DNA of 64,000 nucleotides from Octopus sinensis (taxonomy: Eukaryota), in contig NC_043014.1 of the NCBI RefSeq assembly GCF_006345805.1, positions 43,648,001 through 43,712,000 of the forward strand. The letters run 5' to 3'. The notes below the pieces were generated by a model. It did not search any database and was not told where the DNA came from. It saw only the letters and a list, made by a program, of their open reading frames with translations. Positions within the stretch are counted from its first letter, which is position 1. Each line of letters opens with the position of its first letter. Shown one piece after another: positions 39,514 to 52,064 of the stretch. The position numbers and the translations under genes are program-made.

Positions 39514-39585
39514 TAAAAGCTCAGTATTTCTGCACTGAATCATTTTTCACAGTTATGTCATTTTTTTTCTTTCTTTTTTTTAATC

Positions 39586-39619
<34 letters not shown>

Positions 39620-39850
39620 ATGTGTGTTCCACACTGTACAGTATTAATGGGTGTGATGATGAGATAAGATTAAATTAACTCTTTAGTCAACTGGTTGACA
39701 CCTCAGACAATGAGCCATATCTTTTTTTCAGCTATCTTTAGTAGATAAACAAGGGGTGGATGGGGTGGGTGGGTGAAGGGTAACCCTTCCATTGTTTTGT
39801 TGTGTGTTTTGTGTGTGCACCCATTGAACTTGGCCTCTTAGCACATTTTC

Positions 39851-39885
<35 letters not shown>

Positions 39886-39896
39886 ACACACACACA

Positions 39897-39941
<45 letters not shown>

Positions 39942-40392
39942 TACTGGCTTTTAAAACAATGAAAAAAAAAAAAAAATTAGGAGAGAGGGTGAGGAAGACC
40001 CTGAGTTTGTTAATCATGTGGGGAGCTTCTTCCTATGTGAAAAGCAACAGCTTATAGTATGATGTTACCTGTTTTGGGGGCCTTGTGATGATGGCAGGAA
40101 ATGGGGGAATCACAAAGTGTTAGATTACCAGGAGGAGTTCAACCCCAGCTCAGATTAAACCCATTGACTGATAACCTAAAATGAACTGTCCCCATAATTA
40201 TAGCAGCTGTTGACAGCTGCCCTCAATAGCCTGGACTGTCCCTCACCTCTTGTCCTTCCTTCTCCAAAGGCTTAAAGCTTATTGCATTTTGAATTATCAA
40301 GTTAATAAGTACAGTTTTGAATTTTATTTGTTGACATGCAGTTTTGATGATAAATATGCATAGCTGCTAAAAAATGAAAGTGCGCAAGAGTG

Positions 40393-41447
40393 GGATCTTT
40401 TCCGTTTGAATGGCAGTTTTTAACATAATTTCTAGGTAACTAAAAAATTTTAAACTTCGTATACTGGTAGAATACATCTTTCTCTCTTGGCTTTATTGAG
40501 AAAATTCTATAGTTTGTATGATATTTGTTGGTTTTTTTTTTCTTCAATTTCTGCAATTTCAACCAATCAATGACGTCCATTGAGGTAAAAAAACATTCTG
40601 TGCCGTATGAATGTGTTTATAAAACATCTTTTTCTCTTGGCTTTATTGAGAAAATTCTATAGTTTGTAAGATATTTGTTGTTTTTTTCTTCTTCAATTTC
40701 TGCAATTTCAACCAATCAATGACGTCCATTGAGGTAAAAAAACATTCTGTGCCGTATGAATATGTCCCTCGTTTGGGATCTTTTCGGTTTGACCGGCAGT
40801 TTTTAAAAATAATTTCCACGTAACTAAACACTTTCAAACTTCGTATACTGGTAGAAATGTGTTTATAAAACATCTTTTTCTCTTGGCTTTATTGAGAAAA
40901 TTCTATAGTTTGTGAGATATTTGTTGTTTTTTTTCCCTTCAATTTCTGAAATTTCAACCAATCAATTACGTCCATTGAGGTAAAAAAACATTCTGTGCCG
41001 TATGAATATGTCCCTCGTTTGGGATCTTTTCGGTTTGACCGGCAGTTTTTAAAAATAATTTCCACGTAACTAAACACTTTCAAACTTCGTATACTGGTAG
41101 AATGTGTTTATAAAACATCTTTTTCTCTTGGCTTTATTGAGAAAATTCTATAGTTTGTAATATATTTGTTGTTGTTTTTTCCTTCAATTTCTGCAATTTC
41201 AACCAATCAATGACGTCTATTGATGTAAAAAAAAAAACATTCTGTGCCGTATGAATATGTCCCTCGTTTAAGAAACAGATAGGGTTTATTTACATTTGTG
41301 AAGAAAAAAAAGATACCCTTCCCCCCACCCCTAACCCTAACCCTAAAACAGATTGAAATGCAATAGATCGATACTAGGGTCATAATTATGGGTGACAATT
41401 TCATATGACACCGCTAGAAAAAACTGCCGTTCAAACCGAAAAGATCC
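40393..41447. mobile_element. Merlin-like MITE with an internally re-iterated left end
   Basis: ~28-bp TIRs GGATCTTTTCCGTTTGAATGGCAGTTTT / AAAACTGCCGTTCAAACCGAAAAGATCC and an 8-bp TSD CAAGAGTG (40385-40392, 41448-41455). 5'-GG termini with an 8-bp TSD fit Merlin. Confidence 0.75.
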
Positions 41448-41798
41448 CAAGAGTGAGATGTTCGGGGAGGGGGGGTAATGAAGGGATGAAACAGATATTG
41501 CTTTGCTTGGTTTGCTTTCTTTGTTGTTGTTGTTTTTTCCAAATTACCCAAATTACCATTGTAAGTTAAGAGAGTTTGGAATTGGAGAGAATTGATGTGG
41601 AGCAAGGCTCTCTGCATGGTCCTAGAAATCACTCTGAAATTGCATCTTTTTTATATTTCGAAAATAAAGCAAAAAAAGACTTAGGACTTGTTCTACAGTA
41701 ATGGCTCTCTGGTTGAGAAGCTTGATTTGCAAAATCACATGGGTTTCAGGTTCAATCCTATTGTGTGGCATCCTGAGCAAATTGCCTTGTGTGTGAAT

Positions 41799-42090
41799 TT
41801 GGTAGATGGAAACTGTGTGGAAGCCTGACCTGTTGTGTGTGTATTTGTGTGACTACTTGACAGCTGGTGCTGGTTTGTTTACGTCCCTAAGTCTTTTCAG
41901 CTTGTATCATTTGGGCTAATCAGTTGGCCCAGGTATCGCAAGAGAGTTAAATTTGATAGATGGAAACTGTGTGGAACCTGTCCTGTTGTGTGTGTCACTA
42001 CTTGACAGCTGGTGCTGGTTTGTTTACGTTCCAAAGTCTTTTCAGCTTGTATCACTTGGGCTGATCAGTTGGCCCAGGTATCGCAAGAGG
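41799..42090. repeat. Local tandem duplication, period about 153 bp
   Basis: TTTG(G/A)TAGATGGAAACTGTGTGGAA at about 41799 and 41952. Confidence 0.8.
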
Positions 42091-42413
42091 TTTAAGCAGT
42101 TCCACACTCATTTGTCAGTAGTATTATTTCATAACACTGTAAGATCTTTCTATTAATTTCTGTTTAATAATTACCTATGAAATTCATGTTTTACCCCAAC
42201 CATCAAAACTTTTACATTGGATGTGTAAAAAGACATTTCTAGTTTCAAAATAAAGAACTGTTCACCATTTATTTGGTTTGGTCATTGCTGTGTTGAGATG
42301 GTTGACAATTTCTCATTAGCAACCATCACCACGACGACGACCACCACCACTGCCCATCATCCTGATGATCACCATCATCTTCATCACTTTTACCACTATA
42401 TATATATATTTTT

Positions 42414-42641
42414 TTTTCTTTATTACCCACAAGGGGCTAAACATAGAGGAGACAAACAAGGACAGACAAAGGGTATTAAGTCGATTACATCGACCCCAGT
42501 GCGTAACTGGTACTTAATTTATCGACCCCGAAAGGGTGAAAGGCAGTCAACCACAGTGGAATTTGAACTCAGAACATAATGGCAGACAAAATACCGCTAA
42601 GCATTTCGCATGGTGTGCTAACGTTTCTGCCAGCTCGCCGC
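42414..42641 (-). mobile_element. SINE family B monomer
   Basis: Full match. Further copies lie at about 35155-35520 (-), 46507-46730 (+) and 57420-57637 (-). Confidence 0.85.
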
Positions 42642-43050
42642 CTTTTACCACTATAACGACCACCACCATTATCATCACCATCAACTATTGTCATCACCAT
42701 CAACTATTGTCATCATCATCATCACCATCAAATATTGTCATCATCACTATCATCATCATGCCACATCTCCTGTCACAGCCCTTTGCATCTGGCAACATAT
42801 AACGACATTTTACAGCTGGATGTCCACTCATCACCAACCACTTCTACATTGTTTGAGGAGCCCAATGTCCTTTTCCTCTCCCTTATCTTTGTAATCCTGC
42901 AACAAACAAAGGAATTCTCTTCTCTTCCTTCACCCCTGTTGCCTTACTCAATGTAATTATGTAATAGCAAAAAGACCTTGTGGGAATTAACAGATGCAAT
43001 TTCAAAAGTCTTCAAAACCATCACAGTGCCGTTACTACTCTTTTATTCTA

Positions 43051-43190
43051 TAAGGTTGTCCCAAAAGTTCGTAGAAAGTCTTGGAAAATAATGGTCTTTA
43101 TTTTGAGGAATAATTTTTGTTGTTTTTGTTAGTACTTGGCGAGTAAAAATTCAATTTTCGCAAGTGTTTACGAACTTTTGGGACCACCTA
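43051..43190. mobile_element. Tc1/mariner-type MITE
   Basis: TIRs AGGTTGTCCCAAAAGTTCGTA / TACGAACTTTTGGGACCACCT, TA-flanked. Confidence 0.75.
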
Positions 43191-43266
43191 ATATTATTAT
43201 TTTTTAAAACTATGCCTAAATTATTTATGGCTTCCTTTTTAATTTTAATCATCCTTTCTTTCTCCC

Positions 43267-43776
43267 CTAAGTGGTGCTGTAATTGCCAGAGGGTTAAACC
43301 AGTGGTTCTAAACCATATTTTGCCTATGGACCCTTTTTGATTCCTACCTTACTCCACAGGACCCTAATATACATTCAACGTTTTAAAAAGTTCCATAATA
43401 TTTTTTTATAATTAAATATTCCTTTATTTTTTTTTACTTGTTTCAGTCATGTGACTGTGGCCATGCTGGAGCACTGTCTTTAGTCAAACAAATCAACCCC
43501 AGGGCTTCCTCAGCAACTAATTTCTGTTAGCATCTAAGTGGTGCTGTAATTGCCAGAGGGTTAAACCAGTGGTTCTAAACCATATTTTGCCTATGGACCC
43601 TTTTTGATTCCTCTCTTACTCCACAGGACCCTAGTATACATTCAACATTTTAAAAAGTTCCATAATATTTTTTTATAATTAAATATTCTTTTATTTTTAT
43701 TTTTTACTTGTTTCAGTCATTTGACTGTGGCCATGCTGGAGCACTGCTTTTAGTCAAACAAATCAACCCCAGGGCT
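43267..43776. repeat. Local tandem duplication, period 267 bp
   Basis: CTAAGTGGTGCTGTAATTGCCAGAGGG at 43267 and 43534. Confidence 0.9.
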
Positions 43777-44389
43777 TATTCTTTGTAAGCCTAGTACTTA
43801 TTCTACCTGTCTCTTTTGCCAAACTGCTAAGTTATGGGGATGTAAACACACCAACATCAGTTGTCAAAGCAATGGAGTGGGGGGACAAATACACACACAC
43901 ACACCACACACCACACACACACACACACCACACACAGACACACACACCACACACACACACACAAATGTATACATATATTTACATATCCGACGGGCTTTTT
44001 TCAGTTTCCGTCTACCAAATCTACTCACAAGGCTTTGGTCAGCCCGAGGATATAGTAGAAGACACTTGCCCAAGGTGTCAGGCTGTGGGACTGAACCCGG
44101 AGCCATGTGGTTGGGAAGCAAGCTTCTTACCACACAGCCACTCTTGCACCTCTTATTTGGAATTACTTTTACTCTTTTACTCTTTTACTTGTTTCAGTCA
44201 TTTGACTGTGGCCATGCTGGAGCACTGCTTTTAGTCAAGCGAATCGACCCCCAGGACTTATTCTCTGTAAGCCTAGTACTTATTCTATCGGTCTCTTTTG
44301 CCGAACCGCTAAGTTACAGGGACGTAAACACACCAGCATCGGTTGTCAAATGATGTTGGGGGGCAAACACAAACATATACACACTCATA

Positions 44390-44390
<1 letters not shown>
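43700..44390 (-). mobile_element. SINE family A, one full copy and one adjacent 3'-half copy
   Basis: Tails at about 43700 and 44166, head at about 44147. Confidence 0.85.
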
Positions 44391-44435
<45 letters not shown>

Positions 44436-44957
44436 GTAAAAAAAAAATGAATATGTGAAAATATTTCATGTATTGTAAAAAGTATGATTGATTTATTGCA
44501 CATAAACTTCAACAGCAGAATCTTATATGGACCCCAGTTGAAAACTAACTATTAGTTTAACCAGTCTTCTCTAGTTGAATTTGAACTTACGAACGAACAT
44601 TTTTGTTCACTCCAGTTTTTATGAACCACAGCCTTTTTTGTCTATTGCATTTTGTTTTGCGCACATAAAATGTATAGCTTTGCAATGTCTTTTTCCATAC
44701 TTATTTAGTAATTTATTGCTTCGTCTTTGTTCTAGTGCTGTCACCCCAGCCACCACCACCCCATACACACACATATAACTAGTAGTAAATTACTTTTACT
44801 TGTTACAGTATTGCCGGCTTTTATTATTATTATCATTATTATTATCATCATTATTGTTATTATTGTTGTTGTTGTTACTATTATTGTTATTATTATTATT
44901 ATTATTATTATATTATTATTATTATTATTATTTTTATTACTATTATTATTATTATTG

Positions 44958-45013
<56 letters not shown>

Positions 45014-45987
45014 GTTATTATTGTTATTATTATTATTATTATTATTTGTTTTGTTTTGTTTTGGTTTTCTGATCAGAATGAGATTAGCTATATATCTGAG
45101 ATGGTTTTAGTCACAAGAGGGAGGACAATGTCAACCTTTCTTATCTGTTCATAGACTAAATCAATATCATTGTTATTCATGCTTGTCTTTTAGTTGTCAT
45201 TGTTTTTTTTGGTGGGGGGTTATTATATATATTTTTTTTTGGTTTTAATAATAATATCGGAATTGTGGATGCATGCAGACACTGAAACACACACACATGC
45301 ATGGGTATGTATGTATACTCGTACATATATGAGGGATAGTAGAGAGCGAGAGAGAGAGAGAGAGAGAACTAACTGTGTTGTCTCGACATGTGATGTAAAT
45401 GGATGATGCAAGTTGGTCGAAAAAGCAGTGTGAATTGATAATGGAAAACCAGCAGAACAGAGAGAGAAGATCCAAGCTATGAAAAATAAATATATTTATA
45501 ACAAAAAGTAAACCAAAAAAAAAAAAACAAAAAAAAACGAACAAGCAAACATCAGTTAGGTCAGGCACATAAGACATGTAGTGCTTTACAGACCTAGCTA
45601 ACCCACACCAGCCTTTTCCGTGTCCTCGTTCTGTTTATGGATTTAAAACTAATTACTCTGCGCCTCTGTTGTCTTGTGCACTTTTACAATATCGGAGTAT
45701 CTTATCTTATTTATTTTTGATATCGCATTTTGTGAGCAAATAGCTTTGTTGGCTACAGGTTTCCAGTGGGCCAATCACCGGTTCACTGCATTCGCAACAG
45801 CAAGAGTGACAAGGGATTGTCTGTGTAATTTGGGCAGTACAGATATTATACAAAAAAATAAATTACAAAAGGTGAAAAGAAAAGTGGGGGAGAGAGCTTT
45901 GTTCCAAAGTGTAGGTTTAATGATTTTTTGGACAGTATTTACATTTGTTCATGAAAGACACTGCATATACATATATATGTCTATGTG

Positions 45988-46065
<78 letters not shown>

Positions 46066-47006
46066 GTGTGTGTGTGTAAATATGTTTCCATCTACAAAAT
46101 AATTCCAGTCTTTGATATATAGTAGAGTTTTATAGATGGAAGCACATATGTGGTGTGGCTGTGTGGTAGGAACTTTGATCTCCAACCACATGGTTCCAGG
46201 TTCAGTTCCAACACATAACACCTTGGGCAAGAGTCTTCTACTATAGCCTCAGGCTAACCAAAGCCTTGTGAGTGGATTTGGTTGATGGAAAGAAAGGAGC
46301 TTGTCATGTGTGTGTGTGTGTTTGTGCTTGTCCCTCATCACTGCTTGACAACCAATGTTGGGTTGTTTATGTGTCCGTGACTTAGCAGTTCGGCCAAAGA
46401 GACCAATAGAACAAATACTAGGCTTAAAAAAAAAACAAGAATGACGCCCTCATTAGTCTTAGAAAAAAAGAGAAAACATGATTTTCTGTGTCAATCATTG
46501 GCTCTTGACTGGCAGAAAAGTTAGCACGCCGGACGAAACGCGTAAGCGTATTTCGTCTGTCGTTAACTTGTGAGTTCAAATTCCGCTGAGGTCGACTTTG
46601 CCTTTCATCCTTTCGGGGTCGATAAATTAAGTACCAGTTACGCACTGGGGACGATGTAATCGACTTAATACCTATGTCTGTCTTTGTTTGTCCCTTCTAT
46701 GTTTAGCCCCTTGTGGGTAATAAAGAAATAAGCTCTTGAATTTCCTAGACCTTGGAGAAGCGCCTGATGATATTTCACTCACTAAGATGTCATTTCTGGA
46801 TCATAAAGATATACCCACATTTTACCCTGATACTGGGTAAACAAACACACAAACAAACAAACAAAAAAAGATTAAGGTGCCTTAATCAGTGCCAAATGCT
46901 TCCAACAGATCAGAGCAGGTTTCTACTATTTTGCTTTGAAGCCATTTTGAACTGCCAAGATACATTCTATTGGATACCCAAGTTCTCCACCCTCAGTTGG
47001 ATTAAG

Positions 47007-47339
47007 AAGGCACATGGCTCAGTGGTTAGTGTCAAGCTTATGATCGTGAGGTTGGGAGTTTGAATCCCGGACCGGGCTGTGTGTTGTGTTCTTGAGCAAG
47101 ACATTTTATTTCACGTTGCTCCAGTTCACTCATCTGTAGAAATGAGTTGCGATGTCACAGGTGCTAAGCTGTATCAGCTGTTGCCTTTCCCTTGGATAAC
47201 ACTTGTGGCATGAAGAGGGGAGGCCAGTATGCATAGGTGACTACTGGTCTTCTATAAACAACCTTGCCCGGACTTGTGCCTGGGAGGGTAACTTTTTAGG
47301 TGCAATCCCATGGTCTGTGTCGTGACCGAAGGGGGTCTC
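47007..47339 (+). mobile_element. tRNA-derived SINE family C (CORE-like central block)
   Basis: GGCACATGGCTCAGTGGTTAG head, GTTTGAATCCC B box, CTTGAGCAAGACA...CTGTAGAAATGAG block. Related copies at 33701-33962 and 52408-52740. Confidence 0.75.
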
Positions 47340-47832
47340 AGAATTTGTTGTTAGATTAACATTGTAGGGTAGGTGTGAGAAGCTGGATATGATCAGTTTG
47401 AACATGAAGCAGCTAGAATATTTGGGCCAAGTGTGTCCAGTTTAAATGATAATGGGCTAAACTTCTTCATCCATCCATCTTTGCAAATTGCTCTTATCAT
47501 TGATGTCATCAACCTACTACATAACTTGCTACCCTCTTTGGACATCAGACAGCCTCCACCTGAAATTTATCAAGAGCTCAGTAATTGCATATTGCTTCTG
47601 CTTGGAATCTGTTATTAGCTTGCAATGAAGATCAGGAAGAAGGGTTGCTATGGTAACGTGCACAATTTCAATGACTTATGTCAGTTGATAGCAAAGTTAT
47701 GTTCACTTGTGCATTACTTTGGGGGCAGCCTGTGTATGCATAATCAATGGGTCTCTCTGCAAAATTTTACATCAAAGGCACTAGTTAATCCAAAATTCTG
47801 CAAGCTAGGATTGAACCTGGAACTATATACAG

Positions 47833-48246
47833 TTACTCTTTACTCTTTTACTTGTTTCAGTCATTTGACTGCGGCCATGCTGGAGCACCGCCTTTAGTCG
47901 AGGAGCAAATCGACCCCGGGACTTATTCTTCGTAAGCCCAGTACTTATTCTATCGGTCTCTTTTTGCCGAACCACTAAGTGACGGGGACGTAAACACACC
48001 AGCATCGGTTGTCAAGCTATGCTAGGGGGACAACCACAGACACACAAACATATACACACACACTTATATATATATATACATATATACGACAGGCTTCTTT
48101 CAGTTTCCGTCTACCAAATCCACTCACAAGGCATTGGTCGGCCCGGGGCTATAGCAGAAGACACTTGCCCAAGATGCCACGCAGTGGGACTGAACCCGGA
48201 ACCATGTGGTTGGTTAGCAAGCTACTTACCACACAGCCACTCCTGC
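47833..48246 (-). mobile_element. SINE family A, full length
   Basis: Reverse-complement match. Confidence 0.9.
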
Positions 48247-48572
48247 TGTGAAACAAAATCCTTCTTAACCATGTTGTTATGTGCATGCACTTTTTTTTTT
48301 ACATATTTTCCTTGCATGTCAAGGTGGTGGTGAGCAAGCAGTGTCATAAGCACGTTGGACAAATACTTATTGGCATTTCGTCCGTCTCTGTTCTGAGTTC
48401 AAATTCCACTGAGATCAACTTTGCCTTTCATCCTTTTTGGGGTTGATAGAATAAGTATCAGTCGAAAACTGGGATCGATGTATTCGACTTACCCACCTCC
48501 CACCAGAATTTCTGGCCTTGTGCCAAAATTCGAAACCAGTTTCCTTGCATATCCTCTCCATTCTGTTGATAG

Positions 48573-48634
48573 TTGGAGAGACCATTCATTTGGAAATCGG
48601 TTTCACACTATTTGAGACCAAATGAGCCGTTTTC
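48573..48634 (+). CDS. Candidate coding exon (LERPFIWKSVSHYLRPNEPF)
   Basis: Pyrimidine tract plus GATAG acceptor, GTTAGT donor, only phase 0 open. Confidence 0.35.
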
Positions 48635-49192
48635 GTTAGTGTTTAGATAAAAGCAAGTTTATCATTAATCGCTTTTGTCATAGAATCTAAAAATATTTTA
48701 ATTTTCTTCAAACCAAATCCACTCCTCCACAATGATATAGAGAATGTTCTAAATAAATATAATTACTTCTTTACGTGCTTCATTTTCAAAATTTCACAGT
48801 TGTTATCAAGATATTTCAATGTCAAAATTACATATATATATTCTAATAGTATATATATTCTAATAGTATATATATATTATATATATACATATATTCCAAT
48901 AGTATATTCTGTAAACTAATGTTCTCATTTTTGCTATTACATATATCTTTTTCTTTTTCTTTTTTTCCCCCTTAACCTTATGACACCTATTGGTAATAAT
49001 TGTCGACACTCCATTTACCACACTCCTCTGAGAAGAAAACAAAAAAAAATTGAAGGCTCCGATGAGTTTTAAGGATTCTTTATATTTGCAAAACATTACT
49101 ACATGCACGCAATTATATAATTATATCTGGCAGTTGTAACAAATTATTGACATTTAAATAATTATAAATATAATTTAGACATTTGAAAATTA

Positions 49193-49313
49193 TCAAGGTC
49201 TCCTTGCTGTAGTGGTTAACATAGCTGTCTGGTATTCAGCAAGCAAATTGTTCAATTCCCATAGGGATTTCTCAGCACCGTTTTGCATTGACTTCTTTTC
49301 AAATTTCTCAATG
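49193..49313 (-). CDS. Candidate minus-strand terminal exon (IEKFEKKSMQNGAEKSLWELNNLLAEYQTAMLTTTARRP*)
   Basis: TTTTTGTCCTGTTTTATATGAAG acceptor. Phase 2 matches the 50639-50717 exon. Followed by AT-rich UTR-like sequence. Confidence 0.4.
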
Positions 49314-50260
49314 CTTCATATAAAACAGGACAAAAAGCCCTTAATGTTGGTTTCCTTGTCCTGTTTTTATTCTTTATTTGTACTGTTTTTTTCTTCATTT
49401 GTATTGCTTTTACGTCCTGTTCTTGTCACTTTTTTTACCCCTATGCAAAAGAATTTTATTTAATTCATTTTGCAGGAAGGACTGCTTCAGCCAGATCGTG
49501 TTCTGCCCTTACCTTCGAAACACGCACTGAGTCGAACCAGGGGCAGCTGGTGAAGGGGAATATTCCTTGTATTGTTTGTCTTGTACTCTGTTTTTTTGTT
49601 GTTTAAAAAAAGTCTGTTTCCTTGTTTGATTTTATGTTTTCGTTTCTCGTTGTGTTCTACGTTTATTTGTGGTGCCCTGTACTCATATATGCATGTATAT
49701 ATACATATAGATGTAGGTATGTACATATATGTATGTATGCATATGTTTTATTTATTAAATTGTTATATATATATATATATTCGTGCAGCACGGATTTTTG
49801 TCAGTGAACAGGTCGTGGATTTTAGCGACGAAAATATTTTGACAAATTAAACTTAAATGTTGAAGTGAATCAAACGGCTTTTGTGTGTTTCTTAACCCTT
49901 TCGTTACTATATTTCTGACCAAAATACACCCCTCATGAGTTTCAATTAAATTCTAAAATAATCATGAATTTAGGCTTGTTTCATTAAATAACTGTAACTT
50001 TTTTACTTATCAACATTTTAATGTGATATTTGGAACATAATTAAAGGAAGGGTTCTTAATCAATTCTATTGCATAACTTTTGACTCAAAGTGACTTTAAT
50101 TACAGGTAAATATTTTGACAAATTAAACTTAAATGTTGAAGTGAATCAAACGGCTTTTGTGTGTTTCTTAAATGGCTTACAAACACCTTCCACGCTGCAA
50201 TTATTTTCGTTCCAGCACACGATCTCAGATCAAATCACTTGCTATGCGAGTACATCTCCC

Positions 50261-50305
<45 letters not shown>

Positions 50306-50638
50306 ATGAAAATTTAATTTTTTAAAATTGAACCAGTTAACGATTTTCATTTGCATATTGGTTATTTATTTAGACATTAGATAGTTAGCACATGTTAGAA
50401 GAATTTGAAAGTCTTTGTATTTCAGTGGGTTCTTGGGGCAGGTCTTTCTTTCATGGAATGAATTCTTCTCAATTCCCTCTGCTTGTCACTAGTTGTCTGA
50501 AACAACTTGCTATCAGCCTATTTCTGAACCAAAGCGTTCAGTTTGTGAAAATCTATTGAATATTCATGACATTATAACCGTATCTACAACTTATTTAGTC
50601 TAGCTGGAAAACAATAATGTTGGCCTTATAACCCTTAC

Positions 50639-50717
50639 ATGTTCTGCAACCCATAGGGGTACAACTCTACTGTATGTTTCCAGAGTTTAGAGAAGAGGTC
50701 TTCAAACAGAAATCTAG
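50639..50717 (-). CDS. Candidate minus-strand exon (RFLFEDLFSKLWKHTVELYPYGLQN)
   Basis: GACAG acceptor after T-rich sequence, GTAAGG donor, phase 1 to 2. Confidence 0.45.
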
Positions 50718-51164
50718 CTGTCGGCATCAATATCAGTATGAAAATAAATATCAAATAGAAATTGTAGTTACGCGATATATGTGCCGGCTGCACGTAAAAA
50801 GCACCATCCGAACGTGGCCAATGCCAGCGCCGCCTTGAGTGGCTTCTGTGCCAGTGGCACGTAAAAAGCACCATCCGAACGTGGCCAATGCCAGCGCCGC
50901 CTTGGCTGGCTTCTGTGCTGGTGGCACGTAAAAAGCACCAACCGATTGTGACTGCTGCCAGCCTCCCCTGGCCCCTGTGCTGGTGGCACATAAAAAGCAC
51001 ATACTATACTCATGGAGTGGTTGGCGTTAGGAAGGGCATCCCCAGCTGTAGAAACACTGCCAGATCAGACTGGGGCCTGGTGCAGCCTCCTGGCTTCCCA
51101 GACCCCGGTCGAACCGTCCAACCCTTGCTAGCACGGAAAACGGACGTTAAACGATGATTATGAC

Positions 51165-51290
51165 GAATCACAAGTTTGAATGTAACAGGTTTTAACAATA
51201 TGAAGTCATACAAAATTCTCCACAATGGCAGTGCCCCAGCATGGCCACAGCTCGTGAGCTGAAACCAGATAAAATAAAAAATTAAAAAAT
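51165..51290 (+). mobile_element. 5'-truncated LINE 3' end (same tail as the U6 chimera)
   Basis: AATGGCAGTGCCCCAGCATGGCCACAGCTCGTGAGCTGAAACCAGATAAAATAAAAA, preceded by about 55 bp of different sequence. LINE clade cannot be determined here. Confidence 0.6.
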
Positions 51291-51644
51291 ATGTTTTCTG
51301 GGCAGTTCAGTATTTTGAAGTTTTATGTATTTGGTAACTTAATCTGCTCATTAATATTAAATATGTTTTAAGCACATTACTGCATTATAAATATAAATAT
51401 TAAATATGTTTTCACATAATTGAATCTTTTGAATTTGATATGCTGTCATGTCATTGCTAAAGTTAGTATCTTTGGAGATAAACAGAAAACTTCAAATCTT
51501 CTTTGTTAGAAGATGCTCCTTGACCACCATATGACATAACATTAATTACCCACAATGCATTCATTTGCATACATGTATATACACCCTCACTTAAAACCTT
51601 TCTTTCTTATCCGTCCTACATACACTATCTTCCTTATAGCAACT

Positions 51645-52064
51645 TTATCCCTTTAGCATTCAGATTATTCTGTAAAATGTAAAGCTTGTGTATTCACACC
51701 ATATAAAATTAATCTTGCATCATTTCATGGCTTTGAGATTTCAATGATGTGATTGTTTATTTTTGAAATGACACAATAAGGTTGATATGAATGACCATAT
51801 CTGACTAGTTTGAACATAAAATAGGTAGAATATTTTGGCCGGATATGGCTGGTTTAAACACTAAAGGGTTAACCCTTTAGCATTTAAACTGGCCATAAAA
51901 ATCTATCGGGTTTTATCTTCATACTGGCTAGATCTGGTCTCTCACACTTACCCTGCATTGTTATTCTGAAAATAAACAATCAAGTCATTGAAACCTCAAA
52001 GCCACAAAGTAATGCCTGATTAAATAAGCATTACATATGACAGAGAAATCTGAATGCTAAAAGG
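51645..52064. mobile_element. Inverted pair of family-2 piggyBac MITEs sharing one TTAA
   Basis: Centre CTAAAGGGTTAACCCTTTAG (TTAA at 51869-51872). The reverse complement of the right copy aligns to the left copy. Confidence 0.8.

Noticed and set aside
41329-41346. (CCCTAA)3 interstitial telomere
   Set aside because: Only three units, and internal to the Merlin-like MITE.
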